A stretch of DNA of 40,001 bases from Abditibacterium sp. (GCA_965246885.1 OZ251992.1:1788906-1828906); one strand, 5' to 3'; numbered from the stretch's first letter, positions 24,487 to 34,158 are shown. Translations and numbers: made by a program. The notes: generated from the letters alone by a model not told the origin.

Positions 24487-24672
24487 CAGACGCTGGTGAC
24501 TGAATGACACACGCCTGCCAGCGGGTGAGAGAGGCCGGTGACTGAGTGGCAGAGGCGTGGCGACCGTTGACAGACATGCGCCGGCCAGTGGCAGACCCCT
24601 GTCACCCGTTCCCCCATACCTGTCAACGGTCGCCACGCCTCTGCCACTCAGTCACCGGCCTCTCTCACTCGC
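24484..24672. repeat. 21-bp phased tandem repeat array 1 (9 units) containing a perfect 49-bp inverted repeat
   Basis: Units start TGACAGAC / TGACACAC / TGAGAGAG / TGGCAGAG / TGACAGAC / TGGCAGAC at exact 21-bp steps from 24484. Bases 24525-24573 are the exact reverse complement of 24620-24668. Confidence 0.9.
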
Positions 24673-24674
24673 TG

Positions 24675-27600
24675 CTACCAGCATGGATTTTGGTGGAGCA
24701 GGGCGGTGAACTCATCGGGCGGCAAGGGGCGCGCAAAATAGAAGCCTTGAGCGGCATCACAGCCAAGCGCGCGCAGGGCATCGAGTTGTTCCTTGGATTC
24801 CACGCCCTCGGCAACGACGTGCATTTGCAACCCGCGCGCAAGGCTGAGGATGGTGCCGACGATTTGGCTGTTGCGCGCGTCGCCGCCCATTTGCGCCACG
24901 AACGAGCGGTCTATCTTCAACACATCGAGCGGGAAGCGGTGCAAGTAACTCAGGCTGGAATAGCCGGTGCCGAAGTCGTCCATTGCCAACTCGATGCCCA
25001 TTTTGCGTAGACCGCGCAGCATCTGGCTCGCCGATTCCGCGTTGCCCATGATGACCGATTCGGTGATTTCCAACTTCAATCGCGTCGCCGCGAAACCGGT
25101 GCGCACGAGGATGTCGGCGACCCGTTCCAGCAAATCGCCTTGGGAGAACTGTTGGCTGGACAGGTTGACCGCGATGGTTAAATCCTCGCCCCATGCGGCG
25201 CCTTGGCGACACGCTTCTTCCAAGACCCACCAGCCGATGGGAACGATGAGTCCGGTTTCCTCGGCGAGGGGGATGAACTCGGCGGGCGACACCAAGCCGC
25301 GCGTTGGGTGTTGCCAGCGCACGAGAGCTTCAGCGGCGCTTACCCGCCCGGTGTCGAGGCTGACGATGGGTTGGAAGAAAACGCGCAGTTCGCAGCGTTC
25401 AAGCGCCCGCCAGAGGTCGGATTCGAGTTCCAAGAGGCGCACGGCGCTTTGGTGCATGGAAGCGTCGAAGATCGCGTGGCGCGCGCGCCCCAAGCCTTTG
25501 GCGCGGTACATCGCAGTATCGGCGTTGCGCAAGAGTTCGGGGGCCGAAGTCGGGCCGCCTTGGGAGGGTGCCACACCCATAGAGACGGTCACAAACACCT
25601 CGCGCCCTTCCAAGAGAAAAGGCCGCTCCAATTCGCGCCCAATGCGGCTGGCGACGGCTTCGATGACTGCTTCGTCCGCCAACTCTTCCAATAGGACGGC
25701 AAACTCGTCACCGCCCAAGCGCGCAACGGTATCTCCCGGTCGCAAACAGGACGCGAACCGCTCGCCCGCCTCGACCAGCAAGCGGTCGCCTGCGAGATGG
25801 CCGAGGGAATCGTTGATGTTTTTGAAGCGGTCGAGGTCAAGGAACAAGACGGCGAAGGAGTGCTCTTGGCGGGCGATGGCGCGCTCCAAACGGTCAAGGA
25901 ACAGCGCGCGGTTGGGTAGTCCGGTCAAGGCGTCGTAGAACGCCGACTGCGCCAGTTGCGCTTCAAAATTCTTGCGCGCGCAGATGTCGGTTTGGCTGCC
26001 GGAGATGCGCGTCGCTTCGCCGCTTTGGTCGCGCACGGCCAAGCCGCGCCCTAACATCCACATCCATTGGCCGTCGCGGTGCTTGAGGCGGTATTCGCAC
26101 TCGAAGTGCGCGCTATGACCGCGCAGGTGCGCGTCCAGCTTGGCGTGCAGTTCGGCGTGATCGTCGGGATGGACGCGCTGGAGCCACTCGTTGGGGTGGT
26201 CGGTGGCGGGTGCGCGGCAACCGATCATGTCGAGCCAGCGCGGGGATAAATAAATGGTGCCGGTGCGCAGGTTCCAGTCCCAGAGGCCATCGTTGGCGCC
26301 GCGCGCGGCCAAGGCGTAGCGCTCCTCGGAGTCGCGCAGGGCGCGCTCCGCCCAGATTTGCTCGGTGACATCTTGCGTTGAACCCAAGTAACGAATGGGC
26401 GCACCGTCGGCATCGAGTTCGACTTGGGCGTAGGCTTGCAGGTATCGCTCTTGCCCGTCGACGCGTCGGATGCGAAATAGCATCGAGTCGCTGCCCGTGT
26501 GGAGCGCTCGTTCTGTGGAAGAAACGACCAAGTCGCGGTCGTCGGGATGGATATGGTCGCGGATGGTTTCGATTTGCGGCGTGAAGGAGTGCGGCTCGTA
26601 GCCGAACAGGGTGAAGGTGGTGGTTGACCACTCGACGCTTCCGGTTTTGATGTTCCAATCGAACGAACCCACGCGCGCCAACTTTTGCGCTTCGTCGAAA
26701 GCGCGCCGTGAGCGGGCGACTTCGGCTTGGGAAGAGCGCATGGCGGTTTCGTCCACAACCAAGCCATCCCATACCGTCGCGCCGTCGTCGCGGCGCCAGG
26801 GAATGGACGCGCCGCGCACCCATTTCCAGTTTCCGTCCGTGTCGAGCAAACGCCCGCTCCAATCCCACGCTGACAGGTGATGGGCCGACTCTTCGATGGA
26901 CGTGTGAAGGCCGAGCAAGTCGTCGGGGTGGATGCGCTCCAAATGAGGCGCCAAATTGCCCGCTCTCCAGTCGAACTCTTCGCCCCAAATTTCGCGGGCG
27001 CGGGCCGAAATGAAGTCGAAGCGCATCGCGCCATTGGCTTCGCGCACAAAGCGATAGACCACCCCCGGCACATTCGCCACGATGCTCGCGTAGCGCCGCT
27101 CCGACTCACGCCACTGCTCGCGCACTTGCTCGGTTTCGCTTTGGTCGATGCCCACGCCCAACGCGCCGCCTTCGGGAAGAGGCGCGTAGCGCACCGCCAT
27201 AAAGCGCCCACCGAACCACCCCGAACCCTCGCACTCCTCCCCACCCAAAGCACGTCGCGCCAACTGTTCGATGGCTTCCACGCCCCGCGTCGTGTCGAAG
27301 ATGGATTGGCCTTCGATGTCAAAAGGCTTGATGCCCATCGATCGTAGCGCCGCCCCGCGCGCGAGGGTGATGACGCCGTGCGGGTCGAGTTGCCATAGCA
27401 CGAGCGGGGAATTGTCCACCGCCGCGTGCATCCGTCGCTCCGATTCCAGCGCGCGCCGCGCGATGAGAACCCGCTCGGACACATCCAGCACCGTGCCCAC
27501 CAGCCGAACCGGAACCCCCGACGCGTCGCGCTCCAACTCGGCCCGCGACTCGACCCACTTTTGGCTTCCATCGGGCATAAACAGGCGATGCTCCAAGCTC

Positions 27601-28481
27601 ACGCTCGCGGGGCCGTCGGGCGCCGACAACGAGGCGATTAACTCCATCGCGCGCGCCCAATCTTCTGGCACGAACTGCTTTTGCCACTCCCCCAAGTTGG
27701 TCGGCACTTCGTCCGGGGCAAAACCGACGATACGGTAGAACTCCTCGCAGGCATAGCCAGGCGCATCGCGGAAGTCTTCGATTCCGTCGAGCGTCACCCA
27801 CCACCACCCCAAGTGCGTCAAACGCTGCGCTTCTTCGAGATCGTGGCGCGCGCTTTCCAAGGCGCGGGCGTTGTCTTGGGCACGGGCATTGCGTAGCGCG
27901 CCGCGCAAGCAGTGCTCCAAAAGTGGCGCGGACAACTCCTCTTCCAACAAGCAGTCGCTCGCCCCCGCTTCCAAGAGACGCCGCTTGGCGGCCCGTTTCC
28001 CCGTCTCGTTGGCGCAGCGAAGCACGACGACAATGGGCAATGAACTCTTGGCTCGAAAGGCCGCCAACGTCCGAAGACTCTCCGCTTCCCCGGCTTTCCA
28101 AATCAGACAGAGTTCTTCCTCGGCGCTTTCGTGCGACTGGGCCAATGCTCCCAATGCGATGGCGGTTAACTGCGCGGGAACGGGAGGACGCAAAGGCACG
28201 CCCGCGAGGTCGCGCACTCTTTCGACCTTCCACACGCGGGCTTCGGGGGACAGGCGCTCGCTTTCAAGCAACAACGAGCGGGGGCACGAGGATTCGGAGT
28301 CACTTCCGGCCTCGCTCCACAGCCAAACGCGGCACACGAGCGACGCTTCACGGGCTGTTTCGAGAAAAGAAAACGAAACCTCCGCACGCGGGGCAAGGGG
28401 CAAGGCAGCGGGACTCATGGAAGGAGGAGCGCGCAGGAACAAGCAGAGTATGCGCGTTTCGCTTTTGAAGCGATTGCACAA
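24675..28481 (-). CDS. Multidomain c-di-GMP signalling protein: receiver-like N-terminus, several PAS domains, GGDEF and EAL
   Basis: The GGDEF domain includes RLGGDEFAVLL. The EAL domain includes FFQPIV...EALVRWQHP...EITE. Multiple PAS-like blocks are present. Start is TTG 28481 (AGAGG upstream) or ATG 28418. Confidence 0.9.
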   Translation of the reverse strand: MCNRFKSETRILCLFLRAPPSMSPAALPLAPRAEVSFSFLETAREASLVCRVWLWSEAGSDSESSCPRSLLLESERLSPEARVWKVERVRDLAGVPLRPPVPAQLTAIALGALAQSHESAEEELCLIWKAGEAESLRTLAAFRAKSSLPIVVVLRCANETGKRAAKRRLLEAGASDCLLEEELSAPLLEHCLRGALRNARAQDNARALESARHDLEEAQRLTHLGWWWVTLDGIEDFRDAPGYACEEFYRIVGFAPDEVPTNLGEWQKQFVPEDWARAMELIASLSAPDGPASVSLEHRLFMPDGSQKWVESRAELERDASGVPVRLVGTVLDVSERVLIARRALESERRMHAAVDNSPLVLWQLDPHGVITLARGAALRSMGIKPFDIEGQSIFDTTRGVEAIEQLARRALGGEECEGSGWFGGRFMAVRYAPLPEGGALGVGIDQSETEQVREQWRESERRYASIVANVPGVVYRFVREANGAMRFDFISARAREIWGEEFDWRAGNLAPHLERIHPDDLLGLHTSIEESAHHLSAWDWSGRLLDTDGNWKWVRGASIPWRRDDGATVWDGLVVDETAMRSSQAEVARSRRAFDEAQKLARVGSFDWNIKTGSVEWSTTTFTLFGYEPHSFTPQIETIRDHIHPDDRDLVVSSTERALHTGSDSMLFRIRRVDGQERYLQAYAQVELDADGAPIRYLGSTQDVTEQIWAERALRDSEERYALAARGANDGLWDWNLRTGTIYLSPRWLDMIGCRAPATDHPNEWLQRVHPDDHAELHAKLDAHLRGHSAHFECEYRLKHRDGQWMWMLGRGLAVRDQSGEATRISGSQTDICARKNFEAQLAQSAFYDALTGLPNRALFLDRLERAIARQEHSFAVLFLDLDRFKNINDSLGHLAGDRLLVEAGERFASCLRPGDTVARLGGDEFAVLLEELADEAVIEAVASRIGRELERPFLLEGREVFVTVSMGVAPSQGGPTSAPELLRNADTAMYRAKGLGRARHAIFDASMHQSAVRLLELESDLWRALERCELRVFFQPIVSLDTGRVSAAEALVRWQHPTRGLVSPAEFIPLAEETGLIVPIGWWVLEEACRQGAAWGEDLTIAVNLSSQQFSQGDLLERVADILVRTGFAATRLKLEITESVIMGNAESASQMLRGLRKMGIELAMDDFGTGYSSLSYLHRFPLDVLKIDRSFVAQMGGDARNSQIVGTILSLARGLQMHVVAEGVESKEQLDALRALGCDAAQGFYFARPLPPDEFTALLHQNPCW

Positions 28482-28500
28482 TTTCGGCCTCTAAACGACG

Positions 28501-28527
28501 AAAGCCGCGCCCGAAGGCGCGGCTTTT
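28501..28527 (-). terminator. Hairpin terminator after fabI
   Basis: AAAGCCGCGCC, loop CGAA, then GGCGCGGCTTT. T/A runs on both sides make it potentially bidirectional. Confidence 0.55.
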
Positions 28528-28541
28528 CCCTTAAAATTCTG

Positions 28542-29318
28542 TTACATCCCCAGAATCTGGTATCCGCCGTCCACATACAGCACTTGTCCGGTCATGTGCT
28601 GGCTGGCGTCGGACGCCAGAAACAGGCCCGTCCCGCCCAGAGCGCTCGCTTCGGCGGGCCAAGGGATGGGGGCTTTGGACTGCACGTGCGACACCATCGT
28701 TTTGAAGCCCGCTATTCCTGCGCCCGCGAGGGTTTTGGTTGGCCCCGCCGAGATGCAGTTGACGCGGATGCGCTTTGGCCCCAGTTCGTGCGCGAGGTAG
28801 CGCGCGGTCGCTTCGAGTCCGGCCTTGGCCACGCCCATGACGTTGTAGTTGGGCACGACCTTCTCGCTGCCCAAATACGTCATGGCGACGATGGAGCCGC
28901 CATCGGTCATAAGCGGCAGGGCGTACTGCGCCATCGCAATGAGGGAGTAGGTCGAAACGTCGAGGGCGACGCGAAACGCTTCGCGGGTGGTTTGCGAGAA
29001 CGGCTCGGAAAGGGCTTCCTTGGGCGCGAAAGCGACGGCATGAAGCACCAAGTCCACGCGGTCGGTTTTAGTGCGCACGTACTCGAAGAACGATTCGAGT
29101 TCCTCGTCCTTGGAAACATCGCACGGCGCGAGGGCCACTTCGCCGCCAAAGGTCGCGGCTAACTCTTCGACGTTTTCTTTGAGGCGCTCGCCTTGATAGT
29201 TGAAGATCAGGGTCGCGCCCGCCTCATGCCACGCTTGCGCAATGGCCCACGCGATGGAGCGTTTGTTCGCCACACCAAAAACAAGGCCCACTTTTCCGGC
29301 CAACGGTTTGTCATTCAT
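28542..29318 (-). CDS. fabI: Enoyl-ACP reductase (NADH) FabI
   Basis: GKVGLVFGVANKRSIAW..., the Y-x6-K pattern YNVMGVAKA, and the C-terminal LYVDGGY. Confidence 0.92.
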   Translation of the reverse strand: MNDKPLAGKVGLVFGVANKRSIAWAIAQAWHEAGATLIFNYQGERLKENVEELAATFGGEVALAPCDVSKDEELESFFEYVRTKTDRVDLVLHAVAFAPKEALSEPFSQTTREAFRVALDVSTYSLIAMAQYALPLMTDGGSIVAMTYLGSEKVVPNYNVMGVAKAGLEATARYLAHELGPKRIRVNCISAGPTKTLAGAGIAGFKTMVSHVQSKAPIPWPAEASALGGTGLFLASDASQHMTGQVLYVDGGYQILGM

Positions 29319-29366
29319 CAGGGTTTATTTTAGAACAAGGGCGCTGGGGCGCCCTCAGAGGGTGCT

Positions 29367-30770
29367 TTAGTAGCGGGTGCGCAGCGCGTTGCGGCGTTGC
29401 TCGTTGAAAAAGTCGGGGTCGCCGAAGATATACATGCGCACCACGCGGTTGTTGCGGATGGTGAACACAGCGTTGTAGGACTGGTCGTAGCGCAGGTCGT
29501 AGGTGCGGTAGGCGCCGTTGTCGGGCGAAGTGGTGGCGCCGCCCGCCGCTCCGCCCACTGCCGCGCCAACGGCGGCTCCGGCGCGCGCGGCGGAGCCCGG
29601 ATTGGCACCCCCGGCAGTGGCGCCCGCCGCGATATTAGCACCCACAGCAGCCCCAACAGCCGCGCCCGTTGCGGCGCCTCCTCCGCCCCCACCGCCGGGA
29701 GTGCCGGTGACGGAGTTCGCCGACGCGACATCGGCGCCAAGGGGCACAATGTCGTCGGGGTAGCCGTAACGGTTCATCACTTTGCGGAAGTCGTCGCCGA
29801 GCTTGACGGTGTGGATGGGGTCTTCCTGCTGAGTGCGCGCGATGGGCGAAGTGATGCCCGCCACAATCACCGCTTCGCAAAAGCCGAACTTATCTACCAC
29901 AAAGCCCATCGCATAGGTTTCGCGCTTGTACAGCCACTCGACTTGGTTGGGCGACAGTTGGACAGTGACAGCCAAAGCCCAGTCGGGCAAGCCCCCGTTG
30001 GGCGTTGAGCCGGGAAAAAGCACCGCCGCTTCGGGGGGCTTTTGCGGCAACGTGAGGTTAGTGGAAGTGATGGTAGTGGTCGTCGCACCCGCATCCGCCC
30101 CGCCACCGGGTGCTCCACCGCCGGGCGCTCCGCCGCCGCCTGCCGGGGCAGCGCCACCCGCTCCGGCGCCGCCGCCAGTTGCGGCGCTCACGACTGGCAC
30201 CACGACGGCGGTGGGGTTGCCATGAATGGCGAACAGGCCGTAGCGGTCAATGCGGTTGAAGCGGTCTTTGTCCACTGCTTTGGTGCCCAAGCCGATGCCG
30301 CACAGTTGGAACTCCAACGGGTAGCGCACCCACGAGGGCACAACGGTGCGCGCTCCGCCACGCCTGCCGCCGCGCCCCGTCGAAGGCACCGCCGCCGGGG
30401 GCAACGGGCGCGGGAACCCTTGCGCCAAATACACTGGCGCTTTGCGCTTGGCACCCGCCTTGGGAAAGCGCGGCGCTTCAAATGTGGGAGCCGTAAACAG
30501 GTTCTTCATCGGGCGCTTGATGGCCTCGCCCTGCCAGAACGGTCGAAAGCCCGGCAACGGCTCCTCCTGATACTCGCGCTGCAAGCGCATGATTGTGTCA
30601 TAGGACACGTAGCGCGGCAGCTTTGACTGGTCGAGGGGCGCGGGACACGCGGCGGCGCGAACCGCTTTGTGCGCCGTTTTGCGACCGTGCTTGTGGGCGC
30701 GCGGCGCGGCCAGCACAAGCGGGCACAAGGAAAGCGCGACCAAGGGTGCGATGCGAGAAGTGGATTTCAT
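29367..30770 (-). CDS. Hypothetical secreted protein with long Gly/Ala linkers
   Basis: ATG at 30770 (MKSTSRIAPLVALSLCPLVLAAP is signal-like). Poly-G/A tracts separate folded-looking segments. No recognised domain. Confidence 0.6.
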   Translation of the reverse strand: MKSTSRIAPLVALSLCPLVLAAPRAHKHGRKTAHKAVRAAACPAPLDQSKLPRYVSYDTIMRLQREYQEEPLPGFRPFWQGEAIKRPMKNLFTAPTFEAPRFPKAGAKRKAPVYLAQGFPRPLPPAAVPSTGRGGRRGGARTVVPSWVRYPLEFQLCGIGLGTKAVDKDRFNRIDRYGLFAIHGNPTAVVVPVVSAATGGGAGAGGAAPAGGGGAPGGGAPGGGADAGATTTTITSTNLTLPQKPPEAAVLFPGSTPNGGLPDWALAVTVQLSPNQVEWLYKRETYAMGFVVDKFGFCEAVIVAGITSPIARTQQEDPIHTVKLGDDFRKVMNRYGYPDDIVPLGADVASANSVTGTPGGGGGGGAATGAAVGAAVGANIAAGATAGGANPGSAARAGAAVGAAVGGAAGGATTSPDNGAYRTYDLRYDQSYNAVFTIRNNRVVRMYIFGDPDFFNEQRRNALRTRY

Positions 30771-30896
30771 GGATTCGTGTTCAAGCGGTCTGCTGTTCGT
30801 CCGGTCTGCGCCCAAAGCGCAAAATGTGGCGCGGAAGGCGCCAGTTTAATCCGCTCCCACATTCCGGGGCGCGCGCCGCTCTTTCGGGGGCCTTCC

Positions 30897-33530
30897 TCAG
30901 CCCTCGCCTTGCACCGCGAGGGCACCTGAGGGGTAGAACGGCGAGTTGGACAGCCGCACGCCGCGCTGCGCGCCCACCAGTTTCCACGCGCCGCTTGTAT
31001 GGTCGCCGCCCAAGTGGAACTTCGTGCCCGGCGCGTCGCACCAAAACGTCAGTTTGTCACCCTCCACCAGCAACTCCCACGCCCCGCCGCGCGCCCATAA
31101 CTCAAGCAAACGCCGCGCGCCCAGCCGGATTTGCAAGGGCGTTTCCGCACTTTGCGCCGCGCTTTTAACCGGGGTGAGGCCGAAGTCATCCAAGCGGAAC
31201 TGCGGAGGCGTGTGCCCGACAAAGCGCGGGTCGAGGCCCGCCACTTCGTCCGTGTTGCGGGTATCGCTCGCCATTTTGACGAGGAAACGGCGGCTTTGCG
31301 CGAGGGGTTGCCCATCGAGCGACAGGGCCACCAGCGCGCCATCTGTCCCGCCCTCCACTTGCAAGCCGTCCGCAAAACCGTGCGCGCCGCGCAGATCGCC
31401 CGCCAGCAGTTGCGCGCGCGGCGTTTCAAGGGAGAAGCGCCCCGTTGCGGCGTCGCGCCGCACTTCCCGCGTGTCCGAGCGAAACACCCCCCGCGCCGCT
31501 TCGCGCGGGTCGAAGGCGATCTTCCCGCTCAGCTTGAGCGCATCCAGCGCCGCGCCCAGCACTTCGTCGCGCCTAAGCTCCGTCCACGCGAGGCGCTTGG
31601 CTCCGGCATCCCACACGCCGTGCGAAAGCGTTTGCGATTCGTTCTCCCCTTCGGGCACCATGCCCCGCGCACGCAACACCCCCGAATCCAGCGCCATCGC
31701 GCGCAAGCGGTCACGGCCCCCGACGGCATCGAACAATACTCCGCCATACGCGAAATACACCCCGCTCGTCGCGCGCGGTATCAGGCCCAAATCCCGCCAA
31801 AACGCGGGCGACCACGCCCCGTTCCCGGCGCCGTCCAAACGCAGGTCGCGGCCATAGAGGAGGCTGGGCGCGCCGGAATAATGCCCCGTCGCGCTGCGAC
31901 CCGTTGGCAGGATGAGGTCGGCTCCGGGCGGCGCGACGAACTCCTCGCCCTCGAAGGCGATGTTCTCGACCCGCGCCGTCCACCCCAAGTTGTAAAGCGG
32001 GTTATACGGCTTCTCGTAGGTGAACAGATCGGTTTGGGAGTAGGGCACCACGACGCGGTTGCGCAGCGTCTGGGCCAAGCCGCCGCGAAAAATCTGCCCG
32101 CCGACTGCCGCCATGCCCCAGCGCGCCGGGTCGCTTCGCACGTTGAAATACCCCACGCGCGCCGTCGGCTCCGTCTCGTAGCCAAAGAGTATCAGCGCGT
32201 CCATGTCCTGCATCGCCGCGAAAGTGGCGGCTTCCAAAACGCCCGCCGCGCGGTGCGGATTGGGCCAGCAGTAGTTCCACTCGCGCACCACGAACGGCTT
32301 ACCCGCCACGCGCGCCAGCCCCAGCGTCGCCGCCATAGACTGCTCGCCCACGTCGGACACCGGATTTTTGCCATGATAAAACGACGGCAATTTCCACTGC
32401 TGCGCCCCAGTCGCCCAATACGGATGATCGTAGTAGAAGTTGCACCCAATAAAGTCGAGTTCCTGCGCTTGGCTTTGCAAATCCGGCAGATCATCGTAGC
32501 GCCCCGTCGCACAAAGCGGGATTTTAATCTTCAGTTCGTCGCGCAAAAACGTCCGCATTTGGGCGAAATACGCGCGGTGCAAGTCGTACGCGAAGCGCGC
32601 CCCATCGAACTTGCGAGCGCCCGACGCGAACGGCAAGTCGGCGCTTTTGAGTTGCTCCGGCGTCCACGTCATCGCGGGCAGTTCGACGCTGCCATTTTCG
32701 AGCGACTCGTTCGGCCCCAGCGACGACACGCCGTCTTTTGTCCAAGCCGCGCGCAACTTCTCGTTCGTGCCGTAGCGCGCACGGAGCCACCCGTTCCATT
32801 TGGCCTTGAACTCGCCCGCGTATGGCGGGGGCATCGAGCGCCACAAAGCGCGCCGCATGAACAGCCCGTTTTCGTCGTAGATTTCCAGCATCACGACGGT
32901 CGGATCGTCCGCGTAGCACAGGCCCGTATAAGCGTTGCGGTGCGCCCGCATCAGGGCGCGAGCGTACTCCTTCTGGAGCGCGATGAGTTTGGGATCGAAG
33001 ACGGCGTAGGGCTTGGCGCTCCGTCCGATGGCGTCGGCGCTGCGCACGCCGTCACCCGCTTTGAACTGGCGGTAGTCGAGCAGGTCGAGATAGATGTAAA
33101 TCCCGTTCTTGCGGGCCTCGCTAATCCAGAAATCGAGCTTGCGCAGACGCTTGGCGTCGAAGTGGCGCGAGTCGGGGCGGGATTGGTCAATGATGCCGCC
33201 GCGCTCATCGAAGTGATGGAGGCGCACCAAATTAAATCCTGCCGCGCGGAAGTTACGGAGCATCGCCACGATGTGGGCATCGGATTCTTGGAGCGTGGTA
33301 TTGGCGACGTTGATGCCCCAAAAGCGCGCGCGTGTCCCGTCGCCCCACGCGAAATGCGCGCCGTCCACTCGCAAGAACCCCTTGGCTCCGGCGGGCGCGG
33401 GCACGGAATCGGACAAGTCGGCGAGACTGGCGCGCGGGAAGGGGGTGGCGTTGGGGTCGAGAACCGGAAAGTCCGCCCGTGCACGAAGACCGCAGCAAAG
33501 CACGCACAAAAGCAGGAAGAAGCGACGCAT
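30897..33530 (-). CDS. Secreted TIM-barrel glycoside-hydrolase-like protein (GH5/GH42-like), 877 aa
   Basis: Signal MRRFFLLLCVLCCGLRA. RFWGINV...GFNLVRLHHFD...NGIYIYLDL...MLEIYDENG resembles clan GH-A catalytic cores. The family is not resolved. Confidence 0.6.
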   Translation of the reverse strand: MRRFFLLLCVLCCGLRARADFPVLDPNATPFPRASLADLSDSVPAPAGAKGFLRVDGAHFAWGDGTRARFWGINVANTTLQESDAHIVAMLRNFRAAGFNLVRLHHFDERGGIIDQSRPDSRHFDAKRLRKLDFWISEARKNGIYIYLDLLDYRQFKAGDGVRSADAIGRSAKPYAVFDPKLIALQKEYARALMRAHRNAYTGLCYADDPTVVMLEIYDENGLFMRRALWRSMPPPYAGEFKAKWNGWLRARYGTNEKLRAAWTKDGVSSLGPNESLENGSVELPAMTWTPEQLKSADLPFASGARKFDGARFAYDLHRAYFAQMRTFLRDELKIKIPLCATGRYDDLPDLQSQAQELDFIGCNFYYDHPYWATGAQQWKLPSFYHGKNPVSDVGEQSMAATLGLARVAGKPFVVREWNYCWPNPHRAAGVLEAATFAAMQDMDALILFGYETEPTARVGYFNVRSDPARWGMAAVGGQIFRGGLAQTLRNRVVVPYSQTDLFTYEKPYNPLYNLGWTARVENIAFEGEEFVAPPGADLILPTGRSATGHYSGAPSLLYGRDLRLDGAGNGAWSPAFWRDLGLIPRATSGVYFAYGGVLFDAVGGRDRLRAMALDSGVLRARGMVPEGENESQTLSHGVWDAGAKRLAWTELRRDEVLGAALDALKLSGKIAFDPREAARGVFRSDTREVRRDAATGRFSLETPRAQLLAGDLRGAHGFADGLQVEGGTDGALVALSLDGQPLAQSRRFLVKMASDTRNTDEVAGLDPRFVGHTPPQFRLDDFGLTPVKSAAQSAETPLQIRLGARRLLELWARGGAWELLVEGDKLTFWCDAPGTKFHLGGDHTSGAWKLVGAQRGVRLSNSPFYPSGALAVQGEG

Positions 33531-34001
33531 CTAATCCTCCGGCACGACGGCCTCGTCTATGACGGACTCGCTCGCGGCGAAAAAGCCGATGCCGCGCGCC
33601 GCCAGCGCCGACGCAACCAACGCCAACAAGAGCAGATACCCCACGCGCAAGGTTTCCTGCCCAAACACGACAAGGGTGGCTTGGAGCACCTTGGCGACGT
33701 TGTTCGGGGCGTCCAAGACGCCCGTTCCCGGCGAGTCCTGAATCCGGTTGACCTGCATGTTGAGAAATCCGGGTTGCGAGAACTCTTTAAGCGCCGCCAG
33801 CGCCTGCCAGAAGACATAGAAGAGCAGGGCGACGCCGAGCGCGAAAATGGACAGCCCGACCCAGCGCGCGATGCGCCGCCAGCGCGAACCGGTGCGGCGG
33901 GCGAGGGCGCGTTCGCCTGCATAGGGGGAAGGGGAGTCCGCTTCGATGGCCCCAGAAGAGGGGGGCACGTCGCGTGCGGCGGCGACAAGTTTTTCGGACA
34001 T
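33531..34001 (-). CDS. Hypothetical membrane protein, co-oriented and abutting the glycosidase-like gene
   Basis: Two hydrophobic helices (WVGLSIFALGVALLFYVFW and VGYLLLLALVASALAA). The stop abuts the downstream ATG. Start is ATG 34001 or GTG 34049. Confidence 0.55.
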   Translation of the reverse strand: MSEKLVAAARDVPPSSGAIEADSPSPYAGERALARRTGSRWRRIARWVGLSIFALGVALLFYVFWQALAALKEFSQPGFLNMQVNRIQDSPGTGVLDAPNNVAKVLQATLVVFGQETLRVGYLLLLALVASALAARGIGFFAASESVIDEAVVPED

Positions 34002-34032
34002 ATTGGTTGGGAGCAAGCCGTCAAAGTTTAGC

Positions 34033-34158
34033 GGAGCGCCGTCCGTCACTCCGCGCCGGACGTCCCTCCCTTGCTGACAGACGTCTGTCGTCCATCCCCA
34101 GACGTCTGTCGGCCACTCCCAGACGTCCGTTTGTCCGTGACAGACGTCTCTCTTCGCG
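34033..34158. repeat. 21-bp phased tandem repeat array 2 (6 units) with palindromic CAGACGTCTG cores
   Basis: The units are ggagcgccgtccgtcactccg, cgccggacgtccctcccttgc, tgacagacgtctgtcgtccat, ccccagacgtctgtcggccac, tcccagacgtccgtttgtccg and tgacagacgtctctcttcgcg. Confidence 0.9.

Noticed and set aside
24484-24672. Possibility that the three 21-bp arrays (also 34033-34158 and 38772-38897) are CRISPR arrays
   Set aside because: The units are contiguous with no unique spacers. At 21 bp they are shorter than typical CRISPR repeats as I recall them, and they are degenerate. No cas genes are in the window.
24357-25010. Two ORFs on opposite strands that both begin MAEAWRPLT (24357..24647 minus and 24546..25010 plus)
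   Set aside because: The identical N-termini come from the 49-bp perfect inverted repeat. The heptad-like peptides (VTGLSH, LAGVCH, VTSVCH) simply mirror the 21-bp DNA period.
26113-28233. Several 290-450-aa alternative-frame minus-strand ORFs (26113..26988, 26225..27571, 27319..28233)
   Set aside because: They lie inside the PAS/GGDEF/EAL gene in other frames and are Arg/Pro/Ser-rich. Only the 24675..28481 frame carries the PAS, GGDEF and EAL motifs.
31131-34031. 966-aa plus-strand ORF
   Set aside because: It is antisense to the glycosidase-like gene and the membrane-protein gene. It is Arg/Ala/Pro-rich with no motifs, whereas the minus-strand product has a signal peptide and balanced composition.
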